Shown: positions 41,239 through 51,516 of the stretch, piece by piece
How positions within the stretch are numbered: position 1 is the first letter of the stretch
Layout of the letters: every line of letters starts with the position of its first letter
NCBI GenBank assembly: GCA_964492935.1
Contig: CAZBLF010000004.1
Coordinates: 1-60,289, forward strand
Direction: 5' to 3'
From: an uncultured Methanosarcinales archaeon
GTDB lineage: Archaea; Nanobdellota; Nanobdellia; Woesearchaeales; JACPBV01
Length of the DNA stretch: 60,289 nucleotides
Notes under the pieces: model-generated
Told to the model about the DNA's origin: nothing
Seen by the model: only the letters and a program-made list of their open reading frames with translations
Databases searched by the model: none
Made by a program: the position numbers and the translations under genes

Positions 41239-41335
41239 TATCCGACTCTAACGACGCAGTCTCGTCAATAAGCATCTTTCGTAACCTAGAACAAAGTACC
41301 TCAATAGCCTCTTTTTTCGGTTTACCCGAATCCAC
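41015..41335 (-). CDS. Small HTH protein (paralog 1)
   Basis: KSFGEISTIVKRDYKTVWTA HTH; TTTATAAA TATA about 23 nt upstream. Confidence 0.72.
   Translation of the reverse strand: MDSGKPKKEAIEVLCSRLRKMLIDETASLESDIPVSVFRKELGMQEAVCRSLVKKGKSFGEISTIVKRDYKTVWTANKNARVKDGSVKYAKVKDGSVKYAKVKDGR
41019..41100. repeat. 30-bp tandem repeat (about 2.7 copies)
   Basis: Unit CTGCCATCCTTCACCTTGGCATACTTCACA at 41019, 41049 and partially at 41079. Confidence 0.95.
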
Positions 41336-41473
41336 ACTTCCTAATTAATAAGATTTGTTTATAAATATTCCTAATAATTAAGCATAAATAGGCAGAAATA
41401 AGCAAAATACACATAAGGACTTCTTATCTAATAAGAACAGCTAAATCAAAGAAAAGAGAAAAAGCACTAAAAA

Positions 41474-42466
41474 TTAAGCAAAACGACTAATCTTCAAGAG
41501 CACAAATAACCCATACAGAGCAATCAATAAAACTCCCTTCCACATCTCCCCTTTTCCGATCTTACCCTTGTGCCAGATCAACCCTAAGGCAAGTAACGTA
41601 ACAAAGAACAGGTAAGGAATATCAAAATTCAGCAAATCCGGATGCACCAATAAACCAGTGCCAGAAGCCATCGCACCTATTCCAAGAGCAAGCATCGGAT
41701 TCGTAATATTACTGCCAACAATCGTCCCCAACGAAATTCCATGCGCCTTTTGTAAAGCAGCACGCACCGAGGTACTCAATTCAGGCAATCCAGTCCCAAC
41801 ACCCACAATCAACACACCAATAAAACTCTGGGCAACGCCCCAATACCAAGCGAGCTGAATCGCACTCTCTACAACAAGCTCCGTAGACACAAACAAAACA
41901 CCAAATCCAAGCAAACAAAGCCCACCATGAGTGAGATAAGGACGTATACTTCCATTATGTCCATTTGCAGCCTCAATCTCTTTTTTAGTCTCTCTAACCA
42001 AGCTACTATCCCGTGTAAGCAATCCCAAATACACAAGATACAATAAAACCATCACCAAGCCCTCCCAAAACTCAAAGAGGTTACCCGTACGACTAAACAC
42101 ATACAATAATGCAAGAGCAAAAATCACCATCGGACCATCTCGCGTAAATAAAGATTTATTCGCATACAAAACACCCAATAATGCAGTCAACCCAAGAATA
42201 AACGTAATCTGCGTAATATCACTCCCCACATTCGTGCCAATCGCAATACCACTCGCCTCAATCCCAGCACGCACCTTCAATCCAGATGATAAATTAGTCA
42301 TAATCTCCGGAATCGACGTCCCAATCGAAATAATAGTCAATCCCACAAGCGTATCCGACATATGCAACAAACGCGCAATATGTTTAGCTCCGTCCACCAA
42401 ATAACCGGATCCCAAATACAATCCAACAATCCCGGCCAACATAAAAAAGAGTAATCCTACCACCAT
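41474..42466 (-). CDS. Ca2+/Na+ antiporter (YrbG/CaCA family)
   Basis: Two alpha repeats: GTSIPE...GSDI and GTGLPE...GSNI. Confidence 0.92.
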   Translation of the reverse strand: MVVGLLFFMLAGIVGLYLGSGYLVDGAKHIARLLHMSDTLVGLTIISIGTSIPEIMTNLSSGLKVRAGIEASGIAIGTNVGSDITQITFILGLTALLGVLYANKSLFTRDGPMVIFALALLYVFSRTGNLFEFWEGLVMVLLYLVYLGLLTRDSSLVRETKKEIEAANGHNGSIRPYLTHGGLCLLGFGVLFVSTELVVESAIQLAWYWGVAQSFIGVLIVGVGTGLPELSTSVRAALQKAHGISLGTIVGSNITNPMLALGIGAMASGTGLLVHPDLLNFDIPYLFFVTLLALGLIWHKGKIGKGEMWKGVLLIALYGLFVLLKISRFA

Positions 42467-43084
42467 CTAGATATCATCAATCCTCGGGTCAAAGCCTTTT
42501 TTCCATTCACGTGCACCATACGTATCCGGATCATCAATAAATCCAATACTCTGCAGATGTTCTAATAAGGGAGCATCTCCCTTCACCGAGCGCAACGCAT
42601 ACTCCGCCAATAACACAATACCGGGATGATTCTCCTCATCCGGTTCAAATTCAATCGTAACCTGTCCACGCTTACTGGATTTCTGCAACAACACCGTGCT
42701 ACTCCCATTCTGTCCACGCTTGTACGAGATATACGCCGCATCCTTGATCTGCTCAACCAATGCCGAAAAACCTTCATTCTGTTCAACCGAAGCACTATCA
42801 AATCGAGCAACGCCTAATCCCGTCACCCCATCCACCTTCATAGCTTCCTCAAACACCTCTTTCACATTCTTCGCCTTAATCGCAATACTCAAAAGACCAG
42901 CATCACTCAACGTAAACAAAACATCTCGATACTTACTGTTAGCTTTCGAAAGAATTTTCTTGAAAACCGCGATGTATGCCTGCAAACCCGCAACCCGCTT
43001 TTTCCGCGCTTTCGCTATACCAGAAGTCACCCGATAAAGCGCCATCATCTCTCTTTTAAAAACGCGTACCTGACGCTTATCCAT
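42467..43084 (-). CDS. Hypothetical protein
   Basis: 205-aa ORF with upstream TATA and strand-typical codon use; abuts the next gene. Confidence 0.7.
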   Translation of the reverse strand: MDKRQVRVFKREMMALYRVTSGIAKARKKRVAGLQAYIAVFKKILSKANSKYRDVLFTLSDAGLLSIAIKAKNVKEVFEEAMKVDGVTGLGVARFDSASVEQNEGFSALVEQIKDAAYISYKRGQNGSSTVLLQKSSKRGQVTIEFEPDEENHPGIVLLAEYALRSVKGDAPLLEHLQSIGFIDDPDTYGAREWKKGFDPRIDDI

Positions 43085-43121
43085 AAGACCATAATAAAAA
43101 GAGATTATTTAAAACTTAGTA

Positions 43122-43619
43122 TTATTCCTCAACAATAATCTCGCCGCGCATGGATTCTCTATCAGTAAAAATGAGATCAGTATACACGAACGTGCCAGCC
43201 TTCTCAAATGTATGTTCAAACTGCTCCCCTCTAAAAAACCGTTCACTTCTAAATTCCTTTTTATAAGAAATCAACCGGTGAAATACTCCACCAACCTTAA
43301 ACTGATCATTATTCTTCCAAATAACCGTATCTCCAACAGAAATCGTCAACGTATCCGGTTTCAAGCGCAAAGCCTCTATTCTCACGATGTGTGTTTCCCC
43401 AGCAGTAGCATTCTCGACAACATCCTCGCTGACATTCTCGACCGCTTCGATTTCATCAGGTGAATCTTCAACGACTTCTACAACATCATCAACAACCGTA
43501 TCCACGATAACATTCCCAACAGCACCTGTCCGAACCACAACATCCGTACTATTCTCACACCCTACCAGAAAAAAAACTAGAACAAAAAGAGTAACGCACA
43601 CCCCCCAGCGTAGCTTCAT
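43122..43619 (-). CDS. Cupredoxin/plastocyanin-fold lipoprotein lacking the type-1 Cys ligand
   Basis: LVGC lipobox; PDTLTISVGDTVIWKN.D...H; TFEKAGTFVYTD...MRGEIIVE. Confidence 0.75.
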   Translation of the reverse strand: MKLRWGVCVTLFVLVFFLVGCENSTDVVVRTGAVGNVIVDTVVDDVVEVVEDSPDEIEAVENVSEDVVENATAGETHIVRIEALRLKPDTLTISVGDTVIWKNNDQFKVGGVFHRLISYKKEFRSERFFRGEQFEHTFEKAGTFVYTDLIFTDRESMRGEIIVEE

Positions 43620-43693
43620 ACTACGGGGTAAGCTAACCACACTTTTAAATCTTACTTAATAAACTATAAATAACACCCCCCATTCCCAAAACC

Positions 43694-45562
43694 ATGGAAC
43701 ATTCTTTATTCCCTTTCGACGAAATTAGACCGATACAGTCCGACATGATGGATGACGTTAAGTCGGCAATAGAAGCAAAGCAACATCTCATCGCCCACGC
43801 CCCAACCGGACTCGGCAAAACGGCAGCTTCTTTAGCACCCGCCTTAGAATACGCAAAAAAGAACGGATTGAGAATCTTTTTCCTAACCTCAAGACACACC
43901 CAACACCATATCGCCATCGAAACGCTCAAAGCAATCAAAAACAAGCATGGAACAACAATAACCTGCGCCGACCTCATAGGAAAGCAGTGGATGTGCTCCC
44001 AACCGAATGCCGGCGCCTTATACAGCAACGATTTCCAGGACTATTGTAAAAAGCTAAGAGAGGAAAACCAGTGCGACTTCTACAACAACACCAAAAAGCC
44101 AGCCGGCATTCCCACCCTGCAGGCAGAATCAGCACTTCACCAATTAGGCATCCAAAGCCCGATGCACGTAGAGGAAGTCATCGAACACTGCAAAAAGAAT
44201 AAGTTATGCTCGTATTACACTGCAGAATTACTCTCAAAAAAGGCAGACGTCATCATTGCAGACTATTTTTACATGTTCCACCCTCAAATTCGAGACACCT
44301 TCATGAATAAGATAGAAGCAGACCTAGAAAAATCCATAATCATCGTTGATGAAGGCCACAACCTCCCCAAGCGCTGCCGAGAATTACTCTCACACAACCT
44401 CACCAACGCCATGATCGACCGAGCCATCAAAGAAGCCCAGAAATATTTCCTAGAAGAACCCGAACAACTCATCAATCGCGTCAAGGATGCCTTAAACCAA
44501 ACAGCAAAAGTCCTAGAAGACAAGGAAGAATCACTAGTAGACAAAGAAGACTTCCAAAAACCCATCACCGAACACGAAGACTATCAATCCCTTATCGCTA
44601 CCCTCCACGATGTTGCCGACGAAATCAGAAAGAAGCAGAAAAACAGCTACATCGGTTCCATCGCATCCTTTCTAGAGGCGTGGGACGGCCAAGACCATGG
44701 ATTTACTCGAATCATCCAACAAAAGCAAGGCTACGATCAAAACACCCTCCAACTCAGCTACAAGTGCATCGATCCCTCCATCGTAACGAAGGAAGTCATC
44801 GAACGCGCCCACTCCATCATCTGCATGTCCGGCACCATCACCCCCACCGAGATGTATTCCGATATTCTAGGATTCCCTCAAGCCAGAGAAAAGCAATATC
44901 CTTCCCCATTCTCACAAGAAAACCGCCTAGCAATCACCATACCTCATACCACGACAAAATACGCGAGAAGATCTCCAGCAGAATTCGAAAAGATGGGAAA
45001 AATCACAGCAGATATCGCAAATACCGTCCCCGGCAACACCTTAATCTTCTTCCCCAGCTACGCAGTTCGCAATAGCGTCTACCCTTTCTTCCAGGAATGG
45101 TGTCAAAAAGAGACCATGATCGAACGCCAAGGCCTATCAAAAGAAGACAAACAACATATCCTGACCAGATTCAAGGAACACAAAGCATTAGGGGCTGCAC
45201 TTCTAGCAGTAGCGGCAGGATCGTTCGGCGAAGGAATAGATCTACCCGGAGATCTCCTAAAATGTGTAATAGTAGTAGGCATCCCACTAGAAAAACCCAG
45301 TTTAGAAGTCAAAGAGGTCATGTCCTACTACCAAGACAAGTATGGTCGCGGCCTACAATATGGATATATTTTCCCAGCAATGATCAAAACCCTCCAAAAT
45401 GCCGGCAGATGCATAAGATCCCAACAAGACCGCGGAGCAATCATCTTCCTAGACGAGCGCTACCAATTACCGATGTATAAAGAGTGCTTTCCCGAAGAAT
45501 ACAACGTCCAAGTCCTAGGCGACTACAAAAAAGGCATCCAAGACTTCTTCGATAAGCAATAA
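43694..45562 (+). CDS. xpd: XPD/Rad3/DinG-family Fe-S DNA helicase
   Basis: APTGLGKT, four Fe-S Cys, DEGHNL, SGT, EGIDLPG, QNAGRCIRS motifs. Confidence 0.92.
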   Translation: MEHSLFPFDEIRPIQSDMMDDVKSAIEAKQHLIAHAPTGLGKTAASLAPALEYAKKNGLRIFFLTSRHTQHHIAIETLKAIKNKHGTTITCADLIGKQWMCSQPNAGALYSNDFQDYCKKLREENQCDFYNNTKKPAGIPTLQAESALHQLGIQSPMHVEEVIEHCKKNKLCSYYTAELLSKKADVIIADYFYMFHPQIRDTFMNKIEADLEKSIIIVDEGHNLPKRCRELLSHNLTNAMIDRAIKEAQKYFLEEPEQLINRVKDALNQTAKVLEDKEESLVDKEDFQKPITEHEDYQSLIATLHDVADEIRKKQKNSYIGSIASFLEAWDGQDHGFTRIIQQKQGYDQNTLQLSYKCIDPSIVTKEVIERAHSIICMSGTITPTEMYSDILGFPQAREKQYPSPFSQENRLAITIPHTTTKYARRSPAEFEKMGKITADIANTVPGNTLIFFPSYAVRNSVYPFFQEWCQKETMIERQGLSKEDKQHILTRFKEHKALGAALLAVAAGSFGEGIDLPGDLLKCVIVVGIPLEKPSLEVKEVMSYYQDKYGRGLQYGYIFPAMIKTLQNAGRCIRSQQDRGAIIFLDERYQLPMYKECFPEEYNVQVLGDYKKGIQDFFDKQ

Positions 45563-45608
45563 ACACACAACCGAATAGTTTATATAGCAATTTCCCTCTA
45601 AAGACCCT

Positions 45609-46253
45609 ATGTCTCAGCCAAAAGAGCTGCTAGTAGATTTCTGGAGTAAAAACTATAAGTTCAATGAACGCGAATTAAAAGCATTCGAACAAGTAGATAG
45701 AAACCTCTTTATCCCAGAAAAGATTAAAACCCACGCCTATGAAGACCGGCCGTTACCTATCTTAAGAGGCAAAACCATCTCCCAACCCACCACGGTAATG
45801 ATAATGACCAGTGCATTAGAACTAGAACCCGGAGAAAAAGTCTTTGAAGTAGGAACCGGATCCGGCTACCAGGCAGCAATCATCGCAAAGATCGTAGGAC
45901 CGAAAGGCAAAGTCATCTCAACCGAAGTCATCCCCGAACTAGTCCATTTCTCAAAAGCAAACTTCGAGAAAGCAAACATAAAAAACATCGAAGTCCACGA
46001 AGAAGACGGCTCTCGCGGCTTAGAAGAAAAAGCACCCTACGATAAAATAATAATAACCGCAGCCTGCAAAGAATTCCCAAAAGAACTCCTAGACCAACTA
46101 AAACCCAATGGAGTAATAGTGGGCCCCGTTGGATCCATAACAGAACAAGAGATGGTAAGAGGCATCAAACGAGACGACGGCTCCTTAGCATTAGAATTCC
46201 TAGGCCAGTTCGTCTTCACCCCCATGTACGGTAAGTATGGATTTGAGATTTAA
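45609..46253 (+). CDS. pcm: Protein-L-isoaspartate O-methyltransferase
   Basis: AYEDRPLPI, TISQP, EVGTGSGYQAA, APYDKIIITAA motifs. Confidence 0.95.
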   Translation: MSQPKELLVDFWSKNYKFNERELKAFEQVDRNLFIPEKIKTHAYEDRPLPILRGKTISQPTTVMIMTSALELEPGEKVFEVGTGSGYQAAIIAKIVGPKGKVISTEVIPELVHFSKANFEKANIKNIEVHEEDGSRGLEEKAPYDKIIITAACKEFPKELLDQLKPNGVIVGPVGSITEQEMVRGIKRDDGSLALEFLGQFVFTPMYGKYGFEI

Positions 46254-46264
46254 TTCTTGCAAAC

Positions 46265-46726
46265 TCAAAGCCTTTTCGTCATCAATATACAAGAAATATC
46301 TGCACAACCCATCCGATGAGAACTTTTTCTAATTCGAGTATACCCTTTATTCTTATAGAACGAATAAGCAGTAGTGGTAGAATGCAACCGCAAACGATTA
46401 ACGCCATGCCGCTTAGCATACCCTTCAACATACCTCAACAACCTACTCCCATACCCCTTACCATGAGCAGTATGTTTAATGTACAACGAACCCAGTTCAG
46501 ATTCCTCTAACATCAAAGAACTAACTCCCACAACATCCTTGTCAATAAGCAAGAAATAAAGCTTCCCCTCTTTCAACAATTTCCGAATTCTCGCAGTCCT
46601 ATTGATCGGAATCCATTCCCTAATCTGTTTTGGAGTGTAATCCCTACTATTAACATACCGTATCGTGTCAGAATGAATCCTACTGATAGTTCTCGCATCC
46701 TCAACAGTAGCTTTTCGTATTCTCAT
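46265..46726 (-). CDS. GNAT-family acetyltransferase
   Basis: IRKATVED, HGKGYGSRLL, AYSFYKNKGY motifs. Confidence 0.88.
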   Translation of the reverse strand: MRIRKATVEDARTISRIHSDTIRYVNSRDYTPKQIREWIPINRTARIRKLLKEGKLYFLLIDKDVVGVSSLMLEESELGSLYIKHTAHGKGYGSRLLRYVEGYAKRHGVNRLRLHSTTTAYSFYKNKGYTRIRKSSHRMGCADISCILMTKRL

Positions 46727-46773
46727 ACTCAATTTCAAGAAACTAAGTTATTTAAGGTTTATGGCGAGAGATA

Positions 46774-47802
46774 TCACAACAATACATTAAGAAAATACCC
46801 AACAACAATCACCTGCGGCACCGTCACCAAAGGCAACCAGAGAGCTGTTTTCCGACCAATATTCTTCCAAATCAAGCCAATCTCCGTCATATCGGTAGCA
46901 ACGCCCGCCATCAAAAAGATAAAACTATTCCCTAGTGCTCCAGTCTGACGAAAGATCTCAAACGCCATAGGCGAAGTACCTTCTGAACAAACCTCCATAA
47001 CGGTAGCAATCAATAACGTAACCAACATCCCCAATAAAGTAGCACCCATATACTGCCTAAAGAAATCAACCGGAATAAATGCACCGGCAGCCGAAGCCAA
47101 GAATACCCCAATCAAGATCCACCATAACACCATTTGTGATAAACTTACAGCGCCACGTCCAATACCTTTTATAGACTGCAAAACCGAATCCACAGAAAAC
47201 CTAAACTTTTTCCATCGCCTCTTAACATCGCCTCGAATAGAAAAGGTAGCAGTAGAAACAGAAATAGGATTTCTTTCAATCATCTCCTTACTATCCAAGA
47301 ACTGAAAAACGAACCCAGTAATAATTGCAATCAAGATCGCAGAGAGAATAATAAACAGCGCCTTCACCCCAAAAAAACCAAACAACATGATGGTTATCGT
47401 TATATTAGCCCAAGGCGCAGCTAATAAAAAAGCAACAACAGCCGGCGCCGAAGCACCTTTCTTATACAACTGAATCGCAATCGCAAGTATCCCATGACTG
47501 CATACCGACATCAAAAAACCTAAACCCACCGCATTGAAGATCGTTCTCTTCTTCTTCTGCGCCAGCATCTTAGAAACATACTCCTGCGGCACAAAATAAT
47601 CCATAATCCCCCCGAGAAACAAACCAAGCAGCACCGCCCACCAAATAATGCCCACATACTCCAAGAACACATCAAACATAGGACGTAACAATGGCACAAA
47701 CGCAGCAAAACCCATAATCACAGAACCAACCAATGCAATCAAGAAGAGCTTATCCGTGTACCAAACCTTCCTCGCCTCACCCACATCACAGCAAGATTTC
47801 AT
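46774..47802 (-). CDS. DUF318/ArsP-like permease
   Basis: SVCSHG and EVCSEG repeats; N-terminal SCC. Confidence 0.8.
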   Translation of the reverse strand: MKSCCDVGEARKVWYTDKLFLIALVGSVIMGFAAFVPLLRPMFDVFLEYVGIIWWAVLLGLFLGGIMDYFVPQEYVSKMLAQKKKRTIFNAVGLGFLMSVCSHGILAIAIQLYKKGASAPAVVAFLLAAPWANITITIMLFGFFGVKALFIILSAILIAIITGFVFQFLDSKEMIERNPISVSTATFSIRGDVKRRWKKFRFSVDSVLQSIKGIGRGAVSLSQMVLWWILIGVFLASAAGAFIPVDFFRQYMGATLLGMLVTLLIATVMEVCSEGTSPMAFEIFRQTGALGNSFIFLMAGVATDMTEIGLIWKNIGRKTALWLPLVTVPQVIVVGYFLNVLL

Positions 47803-48797
47803 GAGACGCTATTCTTCCTACCCTTATCCTTAATATTCTCCAGAGTAGTCTCCAATATTCGAAGTAAAGCCTCAGAAGAATTAAACGCATTATGGGGAGT
47901 AATAATCACATTCTCCATCTTCATCAATAAATGATTCTCCAAGATAGTAGCCATGTTACACGTCTTCTTAAACGCATCATTCAACAGCGCAACCTCTTCT
48001 TTTACCGCACACTCCTCCTCCAACACATCCAATCCCGCACCAGCAACCTGACCAGAACGCAACCCCTTCACCAGAGCATGCGTATCAATAACCGCACCTC
48101 GAGCAGTATTCACAATATAAACCCCTTTCTTCATCGAAGCAATAGCAGTACCATCAATCAAATGATGAGTTTTCTTATTATACGGAACATGCAACGAAAG
48201 AATATCAGAGTTCTTCAACAGCTGAGAAAAAGAACCATACCGAAAACCAATTTTCTTAGCAAGCTTTTCATCGCGATTCAAATCAAAAACCAAAACCTTC
48301 ATCTCAAAACCAATTGCAATACGAGCAACATGCTTTCCAATGTTCCCACACCCTATCAACCCCAACGTTTGACCCTTCAAATCAAATCCACGTAGAGAAG
48401 CATCAGTCACAAACGAATGCTGCTCATGAGTTCGTTTAATCGAAGGATACACTCGTCGTGATAAAGCAAGAATCAAAGCAAACGCATGCTCTGCCACCGT
48501 ATTCTCTCCATACGTAGGTACATTACACACAAGAACCTTTTTCTTCTTACAGGCTGCAACATCCACATGATCGTACCCCGTAGACATCGTCGCAACAAAC
48601 TTCAATTTCACCAGGGAATCTACAATCTTTGCAGTAACCTGAGAATAAATAAACACCACCAACACCTCAACCCCCTTCAACCGAGCAACATGTTTATCCG
48701 TTAACGCCTCATCAAAGAACAATAAAGAATGGCCCTTCAACGATTTAGTAACTATCTTTTTCTGCCATCCCTCAAGTTCAAAGAAAGCAATCCTCAT
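47799..48797 (-). CDS. D-2-hydroxyacid (D-lactate-type) dehydrogenase
   Basis: STGYDHVD, VAEHA, GCGNIG, NTARG, LDVLEEE, TPHNAF motifs. Confidence 0.92.
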   Translation of the reverse strand: MRIAFFELEGWQKKIVTKSLKGHSLLFFDEALTDKHVARLKGVEVLVVFIYSQVTAKIVDSLVKLKFVATMSTGYDHVDVAACKKKKVLVCNVPTYGENTVAEHAFALILALSRRVYPSIKRTHEQHSFVTDASLRGFDLKGQTLGLIGCGNIGKHVARIAIGFEMKVLVFDLNRDEKLAKKIGFRYGSFSQLLKNSDILSLHVPYNKKTHHLIDGTAIASMKKGVYIVNTARGAVIDTHALVKGLRSGQVAGAGLDVLEEECAVKEEVALLNDAFKKTCNMATILENHLLMKMENVIITPHNAFNSSEALLRILETTLENIKDKGRKNSVS

Positions 48798-48897
48798 AAT
48801 CAATCTGAAGCAAAAATGCTATTTAAACCTTCCCTAAATAGAAAACACCGATATCTTTAAAAGAACAAAGAATAAAATGAGAAGGAGAGGTGATTTC

Positions 48898-49524
48898 ATG
48901 AAACAAAGTAACAAAAATACCATCATTCTTGCATTGATTTTCGGATTCATAGGGGGCACGTTAGGAAACATCCTTACAGACAGCCCACAAGAATCAGAAA
49001 GTTCACAAGAGCAATTAATTAAGGAATTCTACGATGTAGAAGTAGCAACCTCCGTATCCCCACACCACATCCGGAAGGGAATGGCAAAAGGAGATGAGAG
49101 CTTTATCCTCATCGACCTAAGAAGCGAGGAAGAATACCTAGAGGAACACGTTATCGGTGCAGTAAATGTCCCCGCCTACAAAGATCGTGATCATTCCGAC
49201 TACGGCGCAATTGACCGAATTACCGAGTCAGTAAAAGCACTCCACGAAGCAAACCCAGAAAAAGACCTCATCGTCTACTGCTACAGCATACCCTGTATGA
49301 CCGGAAGAAAAGTAGGAAAGATCCTTGCCGACAAGGGCATCTATGTAAAAAGCCTAGGCGTAGGATGGAATGAATGGAGATATTTCTGGACCCTCTGGAA
49401 TCATCCGCACGAGTGGAACACCACAAATGTAGAGGATTACGTAACCTCCGGACCCGAACCAGGCGTCTTTGAAGCAGACTTCACAGGAGCTGCATGCCCC
49501 ATTGAAGGAGGACTCGGCTGCTAA
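48898..49524 (+). CDS. Membrane-anchored rhodanese-domain protein
   Basis: N-terminal TM; IDLRSEEEY..EHVIGAVNVP; YCYSIPC; C-terminal CPIEGGLGC; GAGGTGA RBS. Confidence 0.85.
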   Translation: MKQSNKNTIILALIFGFIGGTLGNILTDSPQESESSQEQLIKEFYDVEVATSVSPHHIRKGMAKGDESFILIDLRSEEEYLEEHVIGAVNVPAYKDRDHSDYGAIDRITESVKALHEANPEKDLIVYCYSIPCMTGRKVGKILADKGIYVKSLGVGWNEWRYFWTLWNHPHEWNTTNVEDYVTSGPEPGVFEADFTGAACPIEGGLGC

Positions 49525-49898
49525 TGAAAACCCCTTTTTTTCTTTTTCTTTTTATTGTAGCGATGCTCATAGTAAGCTGCGCCCCAGAAGAAATAATTGA
49601 ACCTACTCCCTTAGACCCCTTTGCGCAATGCCTAACCGCTAACGGAGTAAAAATATACGGCTCCATCACCTGTTCTATCTGCGCAAAGCAAAAAAAGCTC
49701 ATAGGCCCAGCCTATAGATTTATCAACGAAATAGAATGCAATCCCAATGCTCCAGATTCACAAGCAGAACTTTGTGTAGAAGAAGAAATTCTAGCAACGC
49801 CCACCTGGACTAGAGTAAGTGATGGAGAAGAACAAAGAAAAGAGGGCTACATGAAACTCGAGGATCTAGCAGCATTTTCTGGTTGTACACTACCGTAA
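49524..49898 (+). CDS. Thioredoxin/glutaredoxin-like lipoprotein
   Basis: VSC lipobox, CSIC, cis-Pro TPTW. Confidence 0.8.
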   Translation: MKTPFFLFLFIVAMLIVSCAPEEIIEPTPLDPFAQCLTANGVKIYGSITCSICAKQKKLIGPAYRFINEIECNPNAPDSQAELCVEEEILATPTWTRVSDGEEQRKEGYMKLEDLAAFSGCTLP

Positions 49899-49899
49899 A

Positions 49900-50592
49900 A
49901 TGGAAGTAACCCTGCCTATTGTCATAACAACCGCACTCGTCGATTCTATTAATCCCTGTGCTATTGGAGTTATCCTCTTATTACTGGGCGTACTCCTCAA
50001 ACACGCGAAAGAAAAAGCGGTTATGGTGAAGATAGCAGCAACCTATATCGGAGTAGTCTTTCTCGTATACATCCTTTCCGGCTTTGGATTAATCTGGTTC
50101 CAACATATCCTCATCGGTCTCGGTTTCGCCACCATTGTAGGTACGTTTGTTGGCATTCTAGTCATTCTTGCAGGGTTCATTGAAATAAAAGACTTCTTCT
50201 GGTATGGTCGCGGTTTCTCATTGGCAATTCCCAAGAAGTACATCAAGCCCATCCAAGAAAGAATAGCCCATGTCACCACATCAGGCGCAGTAGTGCTCGG
50301 AGCGCTCGTAGCAATGGTCGAACTACCCTGTACCGGCGGCCCCTATCTAGCCATAACCACCATGCTTGCAAAGCAATTCTCCATGCTAGATGCAGTCTAT
50401 CTTGTAATCTATAACCTCATCTTCATCCTACCTCTAGTAATCATCTCCATGCTAGCATATTATGGAGTGAACGTAGGAGCCATGAAAGAATGGAAGCAGA
50501 AAAAGAAAAAATGGATGCGACTCATAGCAGGAATCGTCATGATTCTCCTAGGAATATTCTTAATCTATTATTACCAGGTCGGATTACACTAA
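49900..50592 (+). CDS. CcdA/DsbD-like transmembrane electron transporter
   Basis: DSINPCA and ELPCTGGPY Cys motifs; 6 TM. Confidence 0.8.
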   Translation: MEVTLPIVITTALVDSINPCAIGVILLLLGVLLKHAKEKAVMVKIAATYIGVVFLVYILSGFGLIWFQHILIGLGFATIVGTFVGILVILAGFIEIKDFFWYGRGFSLAIPKKYIKPIQERIAHVTTSGAVVLGALVAMVELPCTGGPYLAITTMLAKQFSMLDAVYLVIYNLIFILPLVIISMLAYYGVNVGAMKEWKQKKKKWMRLIAGIVMILLGIFLIYYYQVGLH

Positions 50593-50639
50593 ACTCTACC
50601 CCAATAATCTTTATAAAACCACGATTACCTCTCTTTATC

Positions 50640-51515
50640 ATGGAAACATCTACCTTTACCGTTAAAGCAGGCCTAGCAGAAATGCTCAAGGGCGGAGTCA
50701 TCATGGATGTCGTTACGCCAGCGCAAGCCAAAATAGCAGAACAAGCAGGCGCAGTAGCAGTCATGGCCCTAGAGCGTGTCCCAAGCGACATCAGAAAAGA
50801 TGGCGGAGTTGCAAGAATGTCCGATCCTCAAATGATTAAAGGCATCCAAAAAGCAGTCTCCATCCCCGTCATGGCTAAGTGCCGTATTGGCCATCTAGCA
50901 GAAGCCCAAATTCTAGAAGCGTTAGAAATAGACTACATCGACGAATCTGAGGTATTAACACCAGCCGACAACAAGTTCCACGTTCCTAAAGCAGACTTCA
51001 AAGTCCCTTTCGTATGCGGCGCAACCGGTCTAGGAGAGGCATTAAGAAGAATCCACGAAGGAGCCGCAATGATTCGCACCAAAGGAGAAGCAGGAACCGG
51101 CAACGTTGTAGAAGCCGTAAAGCACATGCGCAAGATAACAGCCGAAATACAGCATCTCAAGCACCTTTCAACAACCCAACTACAAAAAGCAGCAAAACAC
51201 TATCGAGTACCCCTAAATCTGCTCATCAGAGTAAAAAAACTACAGAAACTACCGGTAGTAAATTTCGCAGCCGGCGGAATCGCAACTCCGGCCGATGCAT
51301 CCTTAATGATGCAGCTCGGTTGTGATGGAGTCTTCGTAGGTTCCGGCATCTTCAAAGCCAAGAATCCAAAAAAAGTAGCCGAAGCTATTGTTTTAGCCAC
51401 CACCCATTACGATAATCCAAAAAAAATAGCAAAATATTCTGAAAATCTAGGAACTCCTATGAAAGGCATTGAGATAGAAAAACTAGAAGTAAAACTCCAA
51501 GACCGTGGGTGGTAA
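50640..51515 (+). CDS. pdxS: PLP synthase subunit PdxS
   Basis: [41 protein letters not shown] motifs. Confidence 0.97.
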   Translation: METSTFTVKAGLAEMLKGGVIMDVVTPAQAKIAEQAGAVAVMALERVPSDIRKDGGVARMSDPQMIKGIQKAVSIPVMAKCRIGHLAEAQILEALEIDYIDESEVLTPADNKFHVPKADFKVPFVCGATGLGEALRRIHEGAAMIRTKGEAGTGNVVEAVKHMRKITAEIQHLKHLSTTQLQKAAKHYRVPLNLLIRVKKLQKLPVVNFAAGGIATPADASLMMQLGCDGVFVGSGIFKAKNPKKVAEAIVLATTHYDNPKKIAKYSENLGTPMKGIEIEKLEVKLQDRGW

Positions 51516-51516
51516 C

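Noticed and set aside
50490..50639. N-terminal extensions in the ORF track (pdxS; also the ORFs starting at 3492, 11955, 14223, 23034, 25492 and 29043)
   Set aside because: They overlap neighbouring genes or promoters. Downstream starts match the family N-termini and the TATA/RBS spacing.
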